Of a DNA stretch of 62,963 bases, positions 20,404-29,939 are shown one piece after another (position 1 is the first letter of the stretch; the number at the start of each line of letters is the position of its first letter). The DNA comes from Ruminococcus sp. (GTDB lineage Bacteria; Bacillota; Clostridia; Oscillospirales; Ruminococcaceae). The notes beneath the pieces were generated by a model. That model had not been told where the DNA came from. It saw nothing but the letters and a program-made list of their open reading frames with translations, and did not search any database. The position numbers and the translations under genes were made by a program. The stretch covers positions 1 through 62,963 of the forward strand of contig JAFTWL010000155.1 of assembly GCA_017465305.1 (NCBI GenBank), given 5' to 3'.

Positions 20404-20523
20404 TCAAGCTGAGCCAGCTTGACCGATGTCCGCCCCTGAAATTTATACTACAATTATTTATTTTTCCATATTGCCCCCCCTCACGGGGGCGATATTACTT
20501 ATATTTTAACTATTTTTGTTTTA
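20404..20523. repeat. partial copy of the modular intergenic repeat
   Basis: tcaagctgagccagcttgaccgatgtccgcccc cap, then ctacaattatttattttt...cccctcacgggggcgat.ttactt.tattttaactat, matching 12378-12462. Confidence 0.85.
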
Positions 20524-20576
20524 TATGTCTAACCTAAAATAGTATCTATCAGCGTAGCTTGCTGAGTGATTAAATA

Positions 20577-20651
20577 CAATTCACCCAAAATTGCCCTATG
20601 GGTGCTATGATAGTATAACAAATATTTTAAATCGATATATTGGGTGAATTG
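20577..20651 (+). promoter_or_regulatory. promoter-like sequence enclosed by 12-bp inverted repeats (candidate invertible promoter)
   Basis: CAATTCACCCAA (20577-20588) and TTGGGTGAATTG (20640-20651) flank TTGCCC-N17-TATAAC (20591-20619). Confidence 0.45.
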
Positions 20652-20678
20652 CAAGCTGAAGCTCTCCGCCAAGCTGGT

Positions 20679-21545
20679 TCAGCTTGAGCTTGCTGTAATG
20701 ACTCTTATAATACCATTAAAATCTTTAAAATACTGAATATTTTCAAAACCGTTTTGTTTTAAAATATTTGTGACATCATTTTCTTGTCCCTTGCCTATTT
20801 CGTACACTAAATATCCACCCTTGCATAGAGAATTTTTCCAAAACTTTGTTATATGTTTGTAGAAAAATAGTCCGTCATCTCCTCCGAATAATGCTGCTTC
20901 AGGTTCAAAGGTTACTTCCTTTTGTAAGCACTCCATATCATTTATTGTAAGATATGGTGGATTACAAGTGATTATATCAAACTTTGGAAATCTGCAAGCA
21001 GTTTTACTTTGCACAACATCACATTTAAAAGGGATAATTTTTGGAGCGTGTTTTTCTAAATTTTTTTTCAAATATTCAAAAGCCTGATAATCGTTTTCAA
21101 GTGCATATCCGCTGACATTAGGCAGATTGGAAGATATGGCTATAGGAATACAACCACTTCCACTGCATAAGTCAAGTAGTTTTGTTTCTTTCATTCCAGA
21201 GCGTAATGAACACACAGTATCTACTAAAATTTCAGTATCAGCACGTGGAATTAAAACACCTTCACCTATCTCTAAGGAAATACCGTAAAATTCCCATTCT
21301 CCGAAAATATATTGTAATGGATAATGCTGAATACGACGCTTGCATATAGAATATGCTTTATTGATTATTTCAAGAGTTACAGGCATATTTCCGTCCATGA
21401 GAATATAACCTATATTTTTTTTAAAGATATATTCCATTATAAAGCAAGCCTCAGTTTCAGGCGTATCAATCTTTGAATTTTTTAGAATCTGATTTATTTC
21501 TTTGAATAATTCTCTTCGTGTAATAATATTATTACCATTCATCAT
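20679..21545 (-). CDS. prmC: release factor glutamine methyltransferase
   Basis: PLQYI.G.WEF, VLIPR.DTE, LDLCSGSG, NPPY, EIG..Q. Confidence 0.95.
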   Translation of the reverse strand: MMNGNNIITRRELFKEINQILKNSKIDTPETEACFIMEYIFKKNIGYILMDGNMPVTLEIINKAYSICKRRIQHYPLQYIFGEWEFYGISLEIGEGVLIPRADTEILVDTVCSLRSGMKETKLLDLCSGSGCIPIAISSNLPNVSGYALENDYQAFEYLKKNLEKHAPKIIPFKCDVVQSKTACRFPKFDIITCNPPYLTINDMECLQKEVTFEPEAALFGGDDGLFFYKHITKFWKNSLCKGGYLVYEIGKGQENDVTNILKQNGFENIQYFKDFNGIIRVITASSS

Positions 21546-22518
21546 CTTCTAAATTCTCCGGAATGCAAGGTTTTAAAGCTTCTATTGCACACTCAATCTG
21601 ACTGGCATCAGGTTCACGTGTTGTAATTCTCTGTATCTGCAAGCCAGGCCATGATAATATACGGGTAATAATATTATTGCTTTTTCCTGCAATTCGTATA
21701 AATTCATATGATATACCGACTACAAGAGGAAGAAGTAATATACTTACAATAGCACGCTGCCATACAATTGTTAAAGGAACAAGACACATGACAAGAATGC
21801 TTACAATAAGTGTTATAAAAATAAAGCTTGTTCCACAGCGAGGGTGAAAACGAGTATGCTTTTTTACATTTTCTACTGTCAGCGGGTCACCAGCTTCAAA
21901 GCAGGCAATGGTTTTATGTTCAGCACCATGATATTCATAAGTACGTCTTATATCTTTCATACAGCCTGTAATTATCATGTATACAAGGAAAATTGCTATT
22001 TTAATAATTCCTTCTAAAAGTGAACGTATAAATCTGCTGTCATCGTTAATAGGAGTATGGGAAATTAAAAATCCGATAATCCATTTAGGAAGAAAAACAA
22101 AAGCAAATACAGCAAAAGCTATTCCGATTACCATAGCAATGCTCATAATAATACCAAATATTTTATCACCGAGTTTATCATTTAGCCACTGTTCAAATTT
22201 ACCCATTTCTTCTGTTTCGTCTTCTTCTTCGCCTTCAACAACTTGTTTTTCTGCTGATTTCATTAAACATCTGTAACCATCTTTCATAGATAAAACGAAA
22301 TTAAAACTGCCCCTTACAAGCGGGCATTTACGATACCAAGGCATATCTTTTCCGTTTTTTTCAGGCCATGTTTCAACATCAATAGTACCATCAGGCAGAC
22401 GGCAAGCCATAGCACCTGTATAAGCACCCTTCATCATAACGCCTTCAATAAGAGCTTGACCGCCTATTTTAGAACGATGTTTGGAATCTTCTCTTTTTAT
22501 TGTCTTACCCATTACCAT
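21532..22518 (-). CDS. DUF1385 family membrane protein (YqhQ-like)
   Basis: IGGQALIEGVMM, YHGAEHK, HPRCGTSF, TTREP; usual neighbour of prmC. Confidence 0.92.
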   Translation of the reverse strand: MVMGKTIKREDSKHRSKIGGQALIEGVMMKGAYTGAMACRLPDGTIDVETWPEKNGKDMPWYRKCPLVRGSFNFVLSMKDGYRCLMKSAEKQVVEGEEEDETEEMGKFEQWLNDKLGDKIFGIIMSIAMVIGIAFAVFAFVFLPKWIIGFLISHTPINDDSRFIRSLLEGIIKIAIFLVYMIITGCMKDIRRTYEYHGAEHKTIACFEAGDPLTVENVKKHTRFHPRCGTSFIFITLIVSILVMCLVPLTIVWQRAIVSILLLPLVVGISYEFIRIAGKSNNIITRILSWPGLQIQRITTREPDASQIECAIEALKPCIPENLEDDEW

Positions 22519-22592
22519 CTAATCCTTTCTATATATTTATTTAATTTAATATTGGCTTATAAAATTTCAATTTGTTAAAGTATAATATAAAG

Positions 22593-24011
22593 TCAGCTTT
22601 GAGCAGGTAAAGTTGTAATAACAGTTGTACCTACTCCTAACTCGCTTTCTATTTTTAAATTTCCGCCATGCATATTTACTATTTCATCCACGACTGCAAG
22701 TCCTATTCCGGAGCCTCGTCTTGTATGATTAGCTTTAAAAAATTTTGTTTTTACTTTTGGCAAATCAGATGAACTTATTCCAACACCAGTATCTGATATT
22801 GTTATTTGAATATTATTTTCTTTTGCTTCTGCTTTTATTGTAACAGTTCCCCCAGGATTTGAATATTTAATTGCATTATCTATGATATTTATAAAAACCT
22901 GACGTATTTTATTTTTATCGCCATTTATAAATGGGAGCATTTCAGGCTCATCATATACAATATTTATATTTTCACGTCGTGCCTTTTCAGTATAAATTAA
23001 AACAGCGTCACCAAGCTCAGCAAGTACATCCATAGAAGCACGCTGTAAAGAGAATTTTCCGCTTTGCATTCTTGAGAAGTCAAGTAACTCTTCCACCATG
23101 TCAGATAATCTTGATGTCTCATTTATAATTACTTCAACACCTTTTTTCATTGTTTCAGGGTCTGTTGTTTCAAGAGATATTGTTTCAGCCCATCCTTTAA
23201 TAGCTGTAAGAGGTGTACGCAGTTCATGTGATACAGATGAAATAAATTCATTTTTCATAGCTTCTGTTGTTGATAGTGCGTCAGCCATATGATTTATAGA
23301 TGTACATAAATCTCCTATTTCATCTTTGCTTTTGTTTTTAATCCTTATAGAGAAATCACCTTTTGCAAATTTTTTAGTAGTTTCATTTATTATAGAAATA
23401 GGTTTTACAATAGAACGCATAAAAAAAGTACCTGTCAGTATAAGCAAAAGCAGAATACCAGCACATAATATAATAATTGCTATATTGTATGTCCTTAAAG
23501 TTGCATCAATTTGTGACATTGATGTTACAACTCTGATAGCATTATACTCCATATTTATAGCTGAAATATTTATGCTTACAGCCATAATTTTTTCTCCATT
23601 GTTTCTTCCAACCCAATAGCCGTTTCCGCTTGTCATTGCTTCATCGTAATCTGGCATAGATGTATTAGAGGAGGGGGGAAAACCTGAAGAGGTCAGTATG
23701 ATATGCCCCTTTGAATTTATTGCCATAAGTTCCATTTTTTCTTTATCAGAAAAATTCTCCATAGTACTTCTTAAATCAGCTGAAAAATTAGAGTTAGCAG
23801 ATTGTGCATATTGAGTTAGAACACCAGCAACCGAAGATATTTTTGTATTTAAGTATTGCCTTGCAGCGTTGTAATAATAATTTTGCAGGACAAAAATCAA
23901 TGCCGTTGCAATTACAAGCAATAGCAAAAATACAACAGCAAGATTATTAAATACCCAACGGTTTGTGATTGTGCTTTTTATTAACCGTTTTCTTTTTTTC
24001 TTAGTTGTCAT
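22593..24011 (-). CDS. HAMP-domain sensor histidine kinase
   Basis: Two TM helices, HAMP, SHELRTPL, NAIKYS, DTGVGI, GSGIGL; probable start ATG 24011. Confidence 0.95.
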   Translation of the reverse strand: MTTKKKRKRLIKSTITNRWVFNNLAVVFLLLLVIATALIFVLQNYYYNAARQYLNTKISSVAGVLTQYAQSANSNFSADLRSTMENFSDKEKMELMAINSKGHIILTSSGFPPSSNTSMPDYDEAMTSGNGYWVGRNNGEKIMAVSINISAINMEYNAIRVVTSMSQIDATLRTYNIAIIILCAGILLLLILTGTFFMRSIVKPISIINETTKKFAKGDFSIRIKNKSKDEIGDLCTSINHMADALSTTEAMKNEFISSVSHELRTPLTAIKGWAETISLETTDPETMKKGVEVIINETSRLSDMVEELLDFSRMQSGKFSLQRASMDVLAELGDAVLIYTEKARRENINIVYDEPEMLPFINGDKNKIRQVFINIIDNAIKYSNPGGTVTIKAEAKENNIQITISDTGVGISSSDLPKVKTKFFKANHTRRGSGIGLAVVDEIVNMHGGNLKIESELGVGTTVITTLPAQS

Positions 24012-24708
24012 TCCATTTATACCCATAACCCCAGATGGTTGTAATATATTTTGGATTAGATGGTTCATCCTCTATTTTCATTCTGATTCTGCGGATATTT
24101 ACATCTACAATTTTATCATCGCCAATATAGCCGTCGCCCCATATATGGTGTAAAATACTGCTTCTGTCAAGTGCTGTATTTTTATTAGATAAAAAGTACT
24201 CCATAATCTGATATTCTACCTGAGTTAAATCAACTATGCTGCCATTTTTAGTAATAGTTCTGCTTTTCAGATTAAGAATAAAAGGTCCGCTTGTAATAAC
24301 AGATACATTTTCATCTTTTGTAAAGCTCATACAAACACGTCGATATATTGCATCTACTCTGGCAGTAAGTTCTGAAGGTGAGAATGGTTTTGTTATATAG
24401 TCATCAGCTCCAATCATCAGACCGCTGACTTTGTCCATTTCCTGAGTTCTTGCTGAAAGCATTATAATTCCAAGTGTTGAACTTTTTTCACGGAGTTTTT
24501 TACATACAGAAAAACCATCAATACCAGGCATCATAATATCAAGAAGAACAATATCAAAATTTCCGCCTGACTCATCAAATACTTTTAATGCGTCTTCGCC
24601 ACAATTTACATCAAAAACCTCATAGCCTGCTCTACGCAGGTTTATTACCACGAATTCTCTTATTGTATCTTCATCTTCACATACTAAAATGCGTTTCAAA
24701 AATTTCAC
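24001..24708 (-). CDS. OmpR/PhoB-family response regulator
   Basis: LLDIMMP receiver Asp, GADDYITKPF, winged-helix TIWGYGY. Confidence 0.95.
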   Translation of the reverse strand: MKFLKRILVCEDEDTIREFVVINLRRAGYEVFDVNCGEDALKVFDESGGNFDIVLLDIMMPGIDGFSVCKKLREKSSTLGIIMLSARTQEMDKVSGLMIGADDYITKPFSPSELTARVDAIYRRVCMSFTKDENVSVITSGPFILNLKSRTITKNGSIVDLTQVEYQIMEYFLSNKNTALDRSSILHHIWGDGYIGDDKIVDVNIRRIRMKIEDEPSNPKYITTIWGYGYKWNDN

Positions 24709-24765
24709 ACCTTTCCATTAGGGCATATAAGATATTTACTTATAGAAATATATTTATTTTATTTT

Positions 24766-26085
24766 TTATGAAATCATAAAACAATGCAGAAGTTCGCCTT
24801 CATTAAGATAAATTGAATCTGTACTTTCTTCAGTTTTTATGAAATAATAAGCTTTTCCTCTTGAATAAAGAAGATAATATCCCTCATCAAGCTTATTATT
24901 ACAATTTTCTGTGCCTTCAGCGATTCCAATTCTCATAAGTTCTGTTGTACTTTCACTCAAGGAGCCATTATAACGACAAAATACAAGGTCTCCATTTAGC
25001 TGGTCAAGAACAACCGTAACAGTTCCAATCCATTCTTTTGGAAGCATAAAAGCATAACCATCACTCTGACTATAATAGCCACGATATTTTTCTATTAGCT
25101 TATTATTTGAAATTGTCATCCATCGTGTTAGTTTAATCTGATCAGAAGCAGCAGCATCATATCCGGGAAAAACATCCTGAACAGGAATTTCAGGTATACC
25201 ATCTTTATCTATATCAATAGTAAGGCTACCTATAGAGCGTGTTGTATTTGATGAATTATCTTCCTGCCGAATCATATATTCAAGTTTATCTCCAGTAAAG
25301 TGCAGAATATCCGTTTGCATTGTTGTTGCACCAGCGATAGCATCAATATAAATAGCTGTTGTGCCATCTTCAAGCAGTCCATAGAGTATCTGGCTGAAAT
25401 CCGTAAATTTACTTCTCAGTTCTACGTTCCATCTTCTGTAATTGCCCATACTGTCTGGTTTATATATCAGCATTTGTGCATTTTCATCAGCTTCAGCAGA
25501 TTGTAAAATTATAAGTTCATTAATTTCATCATTATCAATGTCATGTATATCAAACAGTGAATATGATGTTTTAAAATTTTCTTCGAGCTGATTATTTTTA
25601 TAATCATATATTACAATTGCACGTTCTGAACGGTCAACAACAGAATAACCAACAATAATTTTTATTCCGCCTTCTTCGCCAAGTGAGGAAATCATAACAC
25701 GTTCAATTTCAGCACCTTCAGCAGGAATATCACAAACGGACATCCATTTTCCATCCATTTGGTCAAGCAAATTTACACGCAGGTCATTTTCAGCAGCTGA
25801 AACACCTTTTTTGCGGTAAAATACAATAGCTTCATCATGTTTATCACCATCAATATCATAAACTATGAAAGAAGAAAGATAATCCCCGGTTTTAGGATAC
25901 TGTAGTAAAATATTCTTTCCCACTGTATTTTGAAGTGTACGATAAATCTGTTCTTGTTCACCATTTAAGCTTGGTGGTGAGAGCATAGAATCAACAGTGG
26001 CTCCAAAGGAGCATCCTCCTGAAATGATAATTACACATATCAGGAGAATGAGCTTAAAGTATTTAGAAGCTTTTATCTTGAACAT
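24766..26085 (-). CDS. lipoprotein with repeated DxDGD (FG-GAP/VCBS-like) motifs
   Basis: Lipobox SGGC; DIDGDKHDE, DIDNDEINE, DIDKDGIPE. Confidence 0.7.
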   Translation of the reverse strand: MFKIKASKYFKLILLICVIIISGGCSFGATVDSMLSPPSLNGEQEQIYRTLQNTVGKNILLQYPKTGDYLSSFIVYDIDGDKHDEAIVFYRKKGVSAAENDLRVNLLDQMDGKWMSVCDIPAEGAEIERVMISSLGEEGGIKIIVGYSVVDRSERAIVIYDYKNNQLEENFKTSYSLFDIHDIDNDEINELIILQSAEADENAQMLIYKPDSMGNYRRWNVELRSKFTDFSQILYGLLEDGTTAIYIDAIAGATTMQTDILHFTGDKLEYMIRQEDNSSNTTRSIGSLTIDIDKDGIPEIPVQDVFPGYDAAASDQIKLTRWMTISNNKLIEKYRGYYSQSDGYAFMLPKEWIGTVTVVLDQLNGDLVFCRYNGSLSESTTELMRIGIAEGTENCNNKLDEGYYLLYSRGKAYYFIKTEESTDSIYLNEGELLHCFMIS

Positions 26086-27431
26086 AAAGGTTTGTATTCT
26101 TTTCTTTTTGCAATTGCCTTGTAAGCAGGACGAATAATTCTTTTTCCTGTGATTATTTCTTCCATACGGTGAGCAGACCAGCCAACCATTCTTGCACTTG
26201 CGAATAATGGAGTAAAGAGTTCATCAGGTATTCCAAGCATACGATATACTAATCCAGAATACATATCTACATTAGCACATACAACCTTATCAATGCCACG
26301 AACTTTAGCCATGAGTTCAGGAGTTAATTTTTCTATAGTTTGAAGAAGTTTGAATTCAGCTTCTATTTCCTTGCCTTCAGCAAGTGCTAAGGCCTTACGC
26401 TTAAGTATAACAGCACGAGGGTCTGAAAGTGTGTAAACAGCATGTCCCATACCATAAATTAAACCTGAGCGGTCACCAGCTTCACGACGTAAAATTTTTG
26501 TTAAGTAGTCAGCAACTTCGCCTTCGTCATTCCAGTTCTTTACATGGGCTTTTATATCATCAAGCATTTGTACAACTTTAATATTAGCACCACCATGACG
26601 AGAACCCTTTAATGAATTTATAGCTGATGAATATGCAGCGTATGGGTCAGTACCTGAAGAAGTTGATACTCTGCAAGCGAAAGTTGAGTTATTACCACCT
26701 CCGTGTTCTGCATGTATAGCAAGCATTATATCAAGAAGTTGGGCTTCTTCTTTTGTATAGTTTCTATCATTTCTTATAAGAGAAAGAATAGATTCAGCAG
26801 TATGTTCTTCAGGGCGAAGTTGGTGCATAATCATACTTTCATTATTAAATTTATGACGTTTTGCCTGATAAGCTCCATCCATTAAAATAGGCATTTTAGC
26901 AATAAGGCCAAGAGCTATACGCATTTCATCTTCTATGTTAGTTTCCTCTGGTTTTTCATCATATGAATAAAGGGAAAGAACACTTCTTGCAAGTTTATTC
27001 ATAATGTTTTTAGAAGGAGACTGCATAATACTGTCTACTAAAAATCCTGGAGGCAATTCACGGCGTAAAGCAAGAGCATTGCTTATTTTATCAAGTTCCT
27101 GTTTTGTAGGAAGTTGTCCGAATAATAGCAGGTAAACAATTTCTTCAAATACAAATCTGTCTTCTTTTTCAGCATGTTCTACAAGGTCATTGATGCTATA
27201 CCCACGATAGATAAGTTCGCCTGGAATAGGTGTTTTTTCGCCTTCATCAATCATATAACCATGAACATTACAAATTCTTGTAATTCCAGCAGCAACACCT
27301 GAACCATCGCTGTTTCTCAAGCCACGTTTAACATGAAATTTTTCATAAAGTCCGGCATCAATCTGGGAATACTCCACTAATTTTTCGCATAAATCTTTAA
27401 TATCTGAGTTTGTATAATTTTGTTTTGCCAT
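26073..27431 (-). CDS. gltA: citrate synthase (citrate/2-methylcitrate synthase family)
   Basis: HAEHGGGNNSTF, HGGAN, YGMGHAVY..SDPRA, NVD.YSG, R..GW.AH; probable start at 27431. Confidence 0.9.
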   Translation of the reverse strand: MAKQNYTNSDIKDLCEKLVEYSQIDAGLYEKFHVKRGLRNSDGSGVAAGITRICNVHGYMIDEGEKTPIPGELIYRGYSINDLVEHAEKEDRFVFEEIVYLLLFGQLPTKQELDKISNALALRRELPPGFLVDSIMQSPSKNIMNKLARSVLSLYSYDEKPEETNIEDEMRIALGLIAKMPILMDGAYQAKRHKFNNESMIMHQLRPEEHTAESILSLIRNDRNYTKEEAQLLDIMLAIHAEHGGGNNSTFACRVSTSSGTDPYAAYSSAINSLKGSRHGGANIKVVQMLDDIKAHVKNWNDEGEVADYLTKILRREAGDRSGLIYGMGHAVYTLSDPRAVILKRKALALAEGKEIEAEFKLLQTIEKLTPELMAKVRGIDKVVCANVDMYSGLVYRMLGIPDELFTPLFASARMVGWSAHRMEEIITGKRIIRPAYKAIAKRKEYKPLCSR

Positions 27432-27889
27432 CTTAAACATTACCTTGCTGCTAAAAAACATATATAATACATAAATAATAATTATAAATGTCTGAAATTT
27501 AGACAGCTTTTCCTTTCATAATATTCTGATTGCCTGAATAATTTTAATTCATAATCCTTACAATACAAGACAATACAAGCTATGCAACCAATACAGGTAT
27601 TTTAGTAAGTTATGTTGTATTCGTATTATTAAGGGAGAAGCTTTTAAGCACGTATTTAGTGCTAAAATTTTATTTATTATTCTTTTATCATTATACACGA
27701 AAATTTACTTGGTGTCAATAATACATTTTTAATGTAAAATGTATCTAAGGATATATATGGAAGCTCAAAACTGTTATAATGAAATTTTATAAAGAATCAA
27801 GGGTAATAAAGTTTTATTATATAGATTTAAATGCATTATAGGGTATAAAAAATAATATTTTTAAAAACGCAGGAGAAAGGAGAAAAAAT

Positions 27890-28921
27890 ATGAGACGTTA
27901 TAAAAGTATGATTGCATTATTTGCAATATTTTTGACTGCTATACCAGTAGTTCCGGCAATTTTATCACATAAAGCAAATGATATTCATGTATCAGAATTA
28001 TTATCAGATGATAATGGCAGTAATGAAACTGATAACAGTAAAGATGATATTCCTGATGGCAAATCATTTTCAGTTTTAGATGTAAGCACAGGAACAGTTC
28101 TTGAATTATCATTGCGTGAATATGTAATAGGTTGTGTATGTGCTGAAATGCCTGCGACATTTGAACCAGAGGCAATAAAAGCACAAGCAGTAGCAGCTCA
28201 TACATATGCCGTACGGCAGCAGAAACTTGAAGCTGAACATCCGACACCTGAATTATGTGGAGCTGACTTTTCAAATGATAGTGAACATTATCAGGCATAT
28301 TTTACAGAAAGTCAAATAAAACAGTATTATGGGGAACAGTTTGATATTTATTATGAAAAAATAAGCAGTGCTGTTGATGAAGTATTGCCTTATATCTTAA
28401 AATATGAGGATGAGCCTATTATAGCAGCTTTTTGTTCTATGTCATCAGGTCGTACAGAATCAGCTGAAAATGTATGGGGAACAGCCGTAGATTATCTTGT
28501 ATCTGTAGATAGTGCTGCTGATGTTTCAGCACCTCAGTTTCTTGATGAGATTGAAATTTCACAGAAAGATTTAAAAGAAAAATTATCAGGGGCTTTTCAT
28601 GAAGTTGATTTTGACAGTAAGCCATTCAAGAACTGGATTGAAATAAAATCTACTTCTGAAGCAGGAACAGTTTTGAAGGCTGATATATGTGGATGCACTG
28701 TAACAGGGCAGGAAATACGTTCAGCTCTTGGATTGCGTTCGGCTGCTTTTACTATAAAATTTAATGATAAAGATAAAAATGCTGAGTTTACAACAAAGGG
28801 TTATGGTCATGGCGTTGGTATGAGCCAGTACGGGGCAAATTCTATGGCTAAAAGTGGTGCTGACTGGAAAGAAATACTTCAATATTATTATCCTGAAACC
28901 ACTTGTGTCAAAGAAGAGTGA
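27890..28921 (+). CDS. spoIID: stage II sporulation protein D (lytic transglycosylase)
   Basis: AEMPA.F..EA.KAQAVAA.TY, YL.SV.S, GYGHGVGMSQYGA..MA. Confidence 0.92.
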   Translation: MRRYKSMIALFAIFLTAIPVVPAILSHKANDIHVSELLSDDNGSNETDNSKDDIPDGKSFSVLDVSTGTVLELSLREYVIGCVCAEMPATFEPEAIKAQAVAAHTYAVRQQKLEAEHPTPELCGADFSNDSEHYQAYFTESQIKQYYGEQFDIYYEKISSAVDEVLPYILKYEDEPIIAAFCSMSSGRTESAENVWGTAVDYLVSVDSAADVSAPQFLDEIEISQKDLKEKLSGAFHEVDFDSKPFKNWIEIKSTSEAGTVLKADICGCTVTGQEIRSALGLRSAAFTIKFNDKDKNAEFTTKGYGHGVGMSQYGANSMAKSGADWKEILQYYYPETTCVKEE

Positions 28922-29160
28922 TTTATATATAAAATTAAAATGTATTTATTTTCATATAAAGTCAATAAATCATATGAAAAGTTTGTTAAACTGTTTATAT
29001 AGATGTTTTTTTTAGAAAAATGCAGTGAAATGATTGACTTTTTTATCTTAATCGAGTATAATATCATGTATAACTCTCAATTATATAATACAGTATATGT
29101 TGAAAACGAAACTGTAAATAAAAAACAGCAAAAAATCATGCTGTCACAGGAAGTAATACA

Positions 29161-29937
29161 ATGAAATTATTACATGAACTTTATTTATACCGCCAGATGA
29201 TTTTTAGTCTGGTAAAAAAAGACCTCAGAGGACGATATAAAGGTTCAGTTCTTGGATTTTTATGGACTTTCATAAATCCTTTGATGCAGCTTATTGTCTA
29301 CACATTTGTATTTACTGTTATTCTACCTGCTGATGTAGACCGTTATTATTTGCATTTATTTGTAGCCCTTATACCATGGATTTTTTTCTCATCGTCTATT
29401 ACAGGCGGTGCAAGTTCTGTAGTTGCACAGAAAGATTTAATTAAAAAAATCTATTTTCCAAGAGAAGTTATACCAATATCATACGTTACAAGTTGTTTTG
29501 TAAATATGCTTCTTTGTTTTATCATAATTTTTCTTGTAATGCTTTTTACTGGTTCTGTTTGGAATTTTACAGCTATATTATGTCTTCCCGTAGTATGGAT
29601 TGTAGAATATCTTCTTGCACTGGGAATGGCGATGTTGTCATCAGCAATTACAGTATATTTTCGTGATTTAGAGCATATTCTCGGAATAATATCAATGGTA
29701 TGGATGTACATGACACCAGTACTTTATTCAATTGATTTGATACCTGAAAGATTGCAAAGCTTATATCGTTTAAATCCAATGACATCTGTTATCACAGCAT
29801 ATAGAGATATATTATATTATGGACAAGTTCCGAATCTGCTTACACTTTCAGAAGCTGTATTTTTAGGTGTTGGATTTTTGATTCTTGGGGTATTTGTATT
29901 TTCAAAACTAAAAAAACGATTTGCGGAGGAGCTTTAA
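29161..29937 (+). CDS. wzm: polysaccharide ABC exporter permease (Wzm/TagG)
   Basis: RYKGSVLGFLWTFINPL, KIYFPRE, FRD, TPVLY, LNP. Confidence 0.92.
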   Translation: MKLLHELYLYRQMIFSLVKKDLRGRYKGSVLGFLWTFINPLMQLIVYTFVFTVILPADVDRYYLHLFVALIPWIFFSSSITGGASSVVAQKDLIKKIYFPREVIPISYVTSCFVNMLLCFIIIFLVMLFTGSVWNFTAILCLPVVWIVEYLLALGMAMLSSAITVYFRDLEHILGIISMVWMYMTPVLYSIDLIPERLQSLYRLNPMTSVITAYRDILYYGQVPNLLTLSEAVFLGVGFLILGVFVFSKLKKRFAEEL

Positions 29938-29939
29938 AA

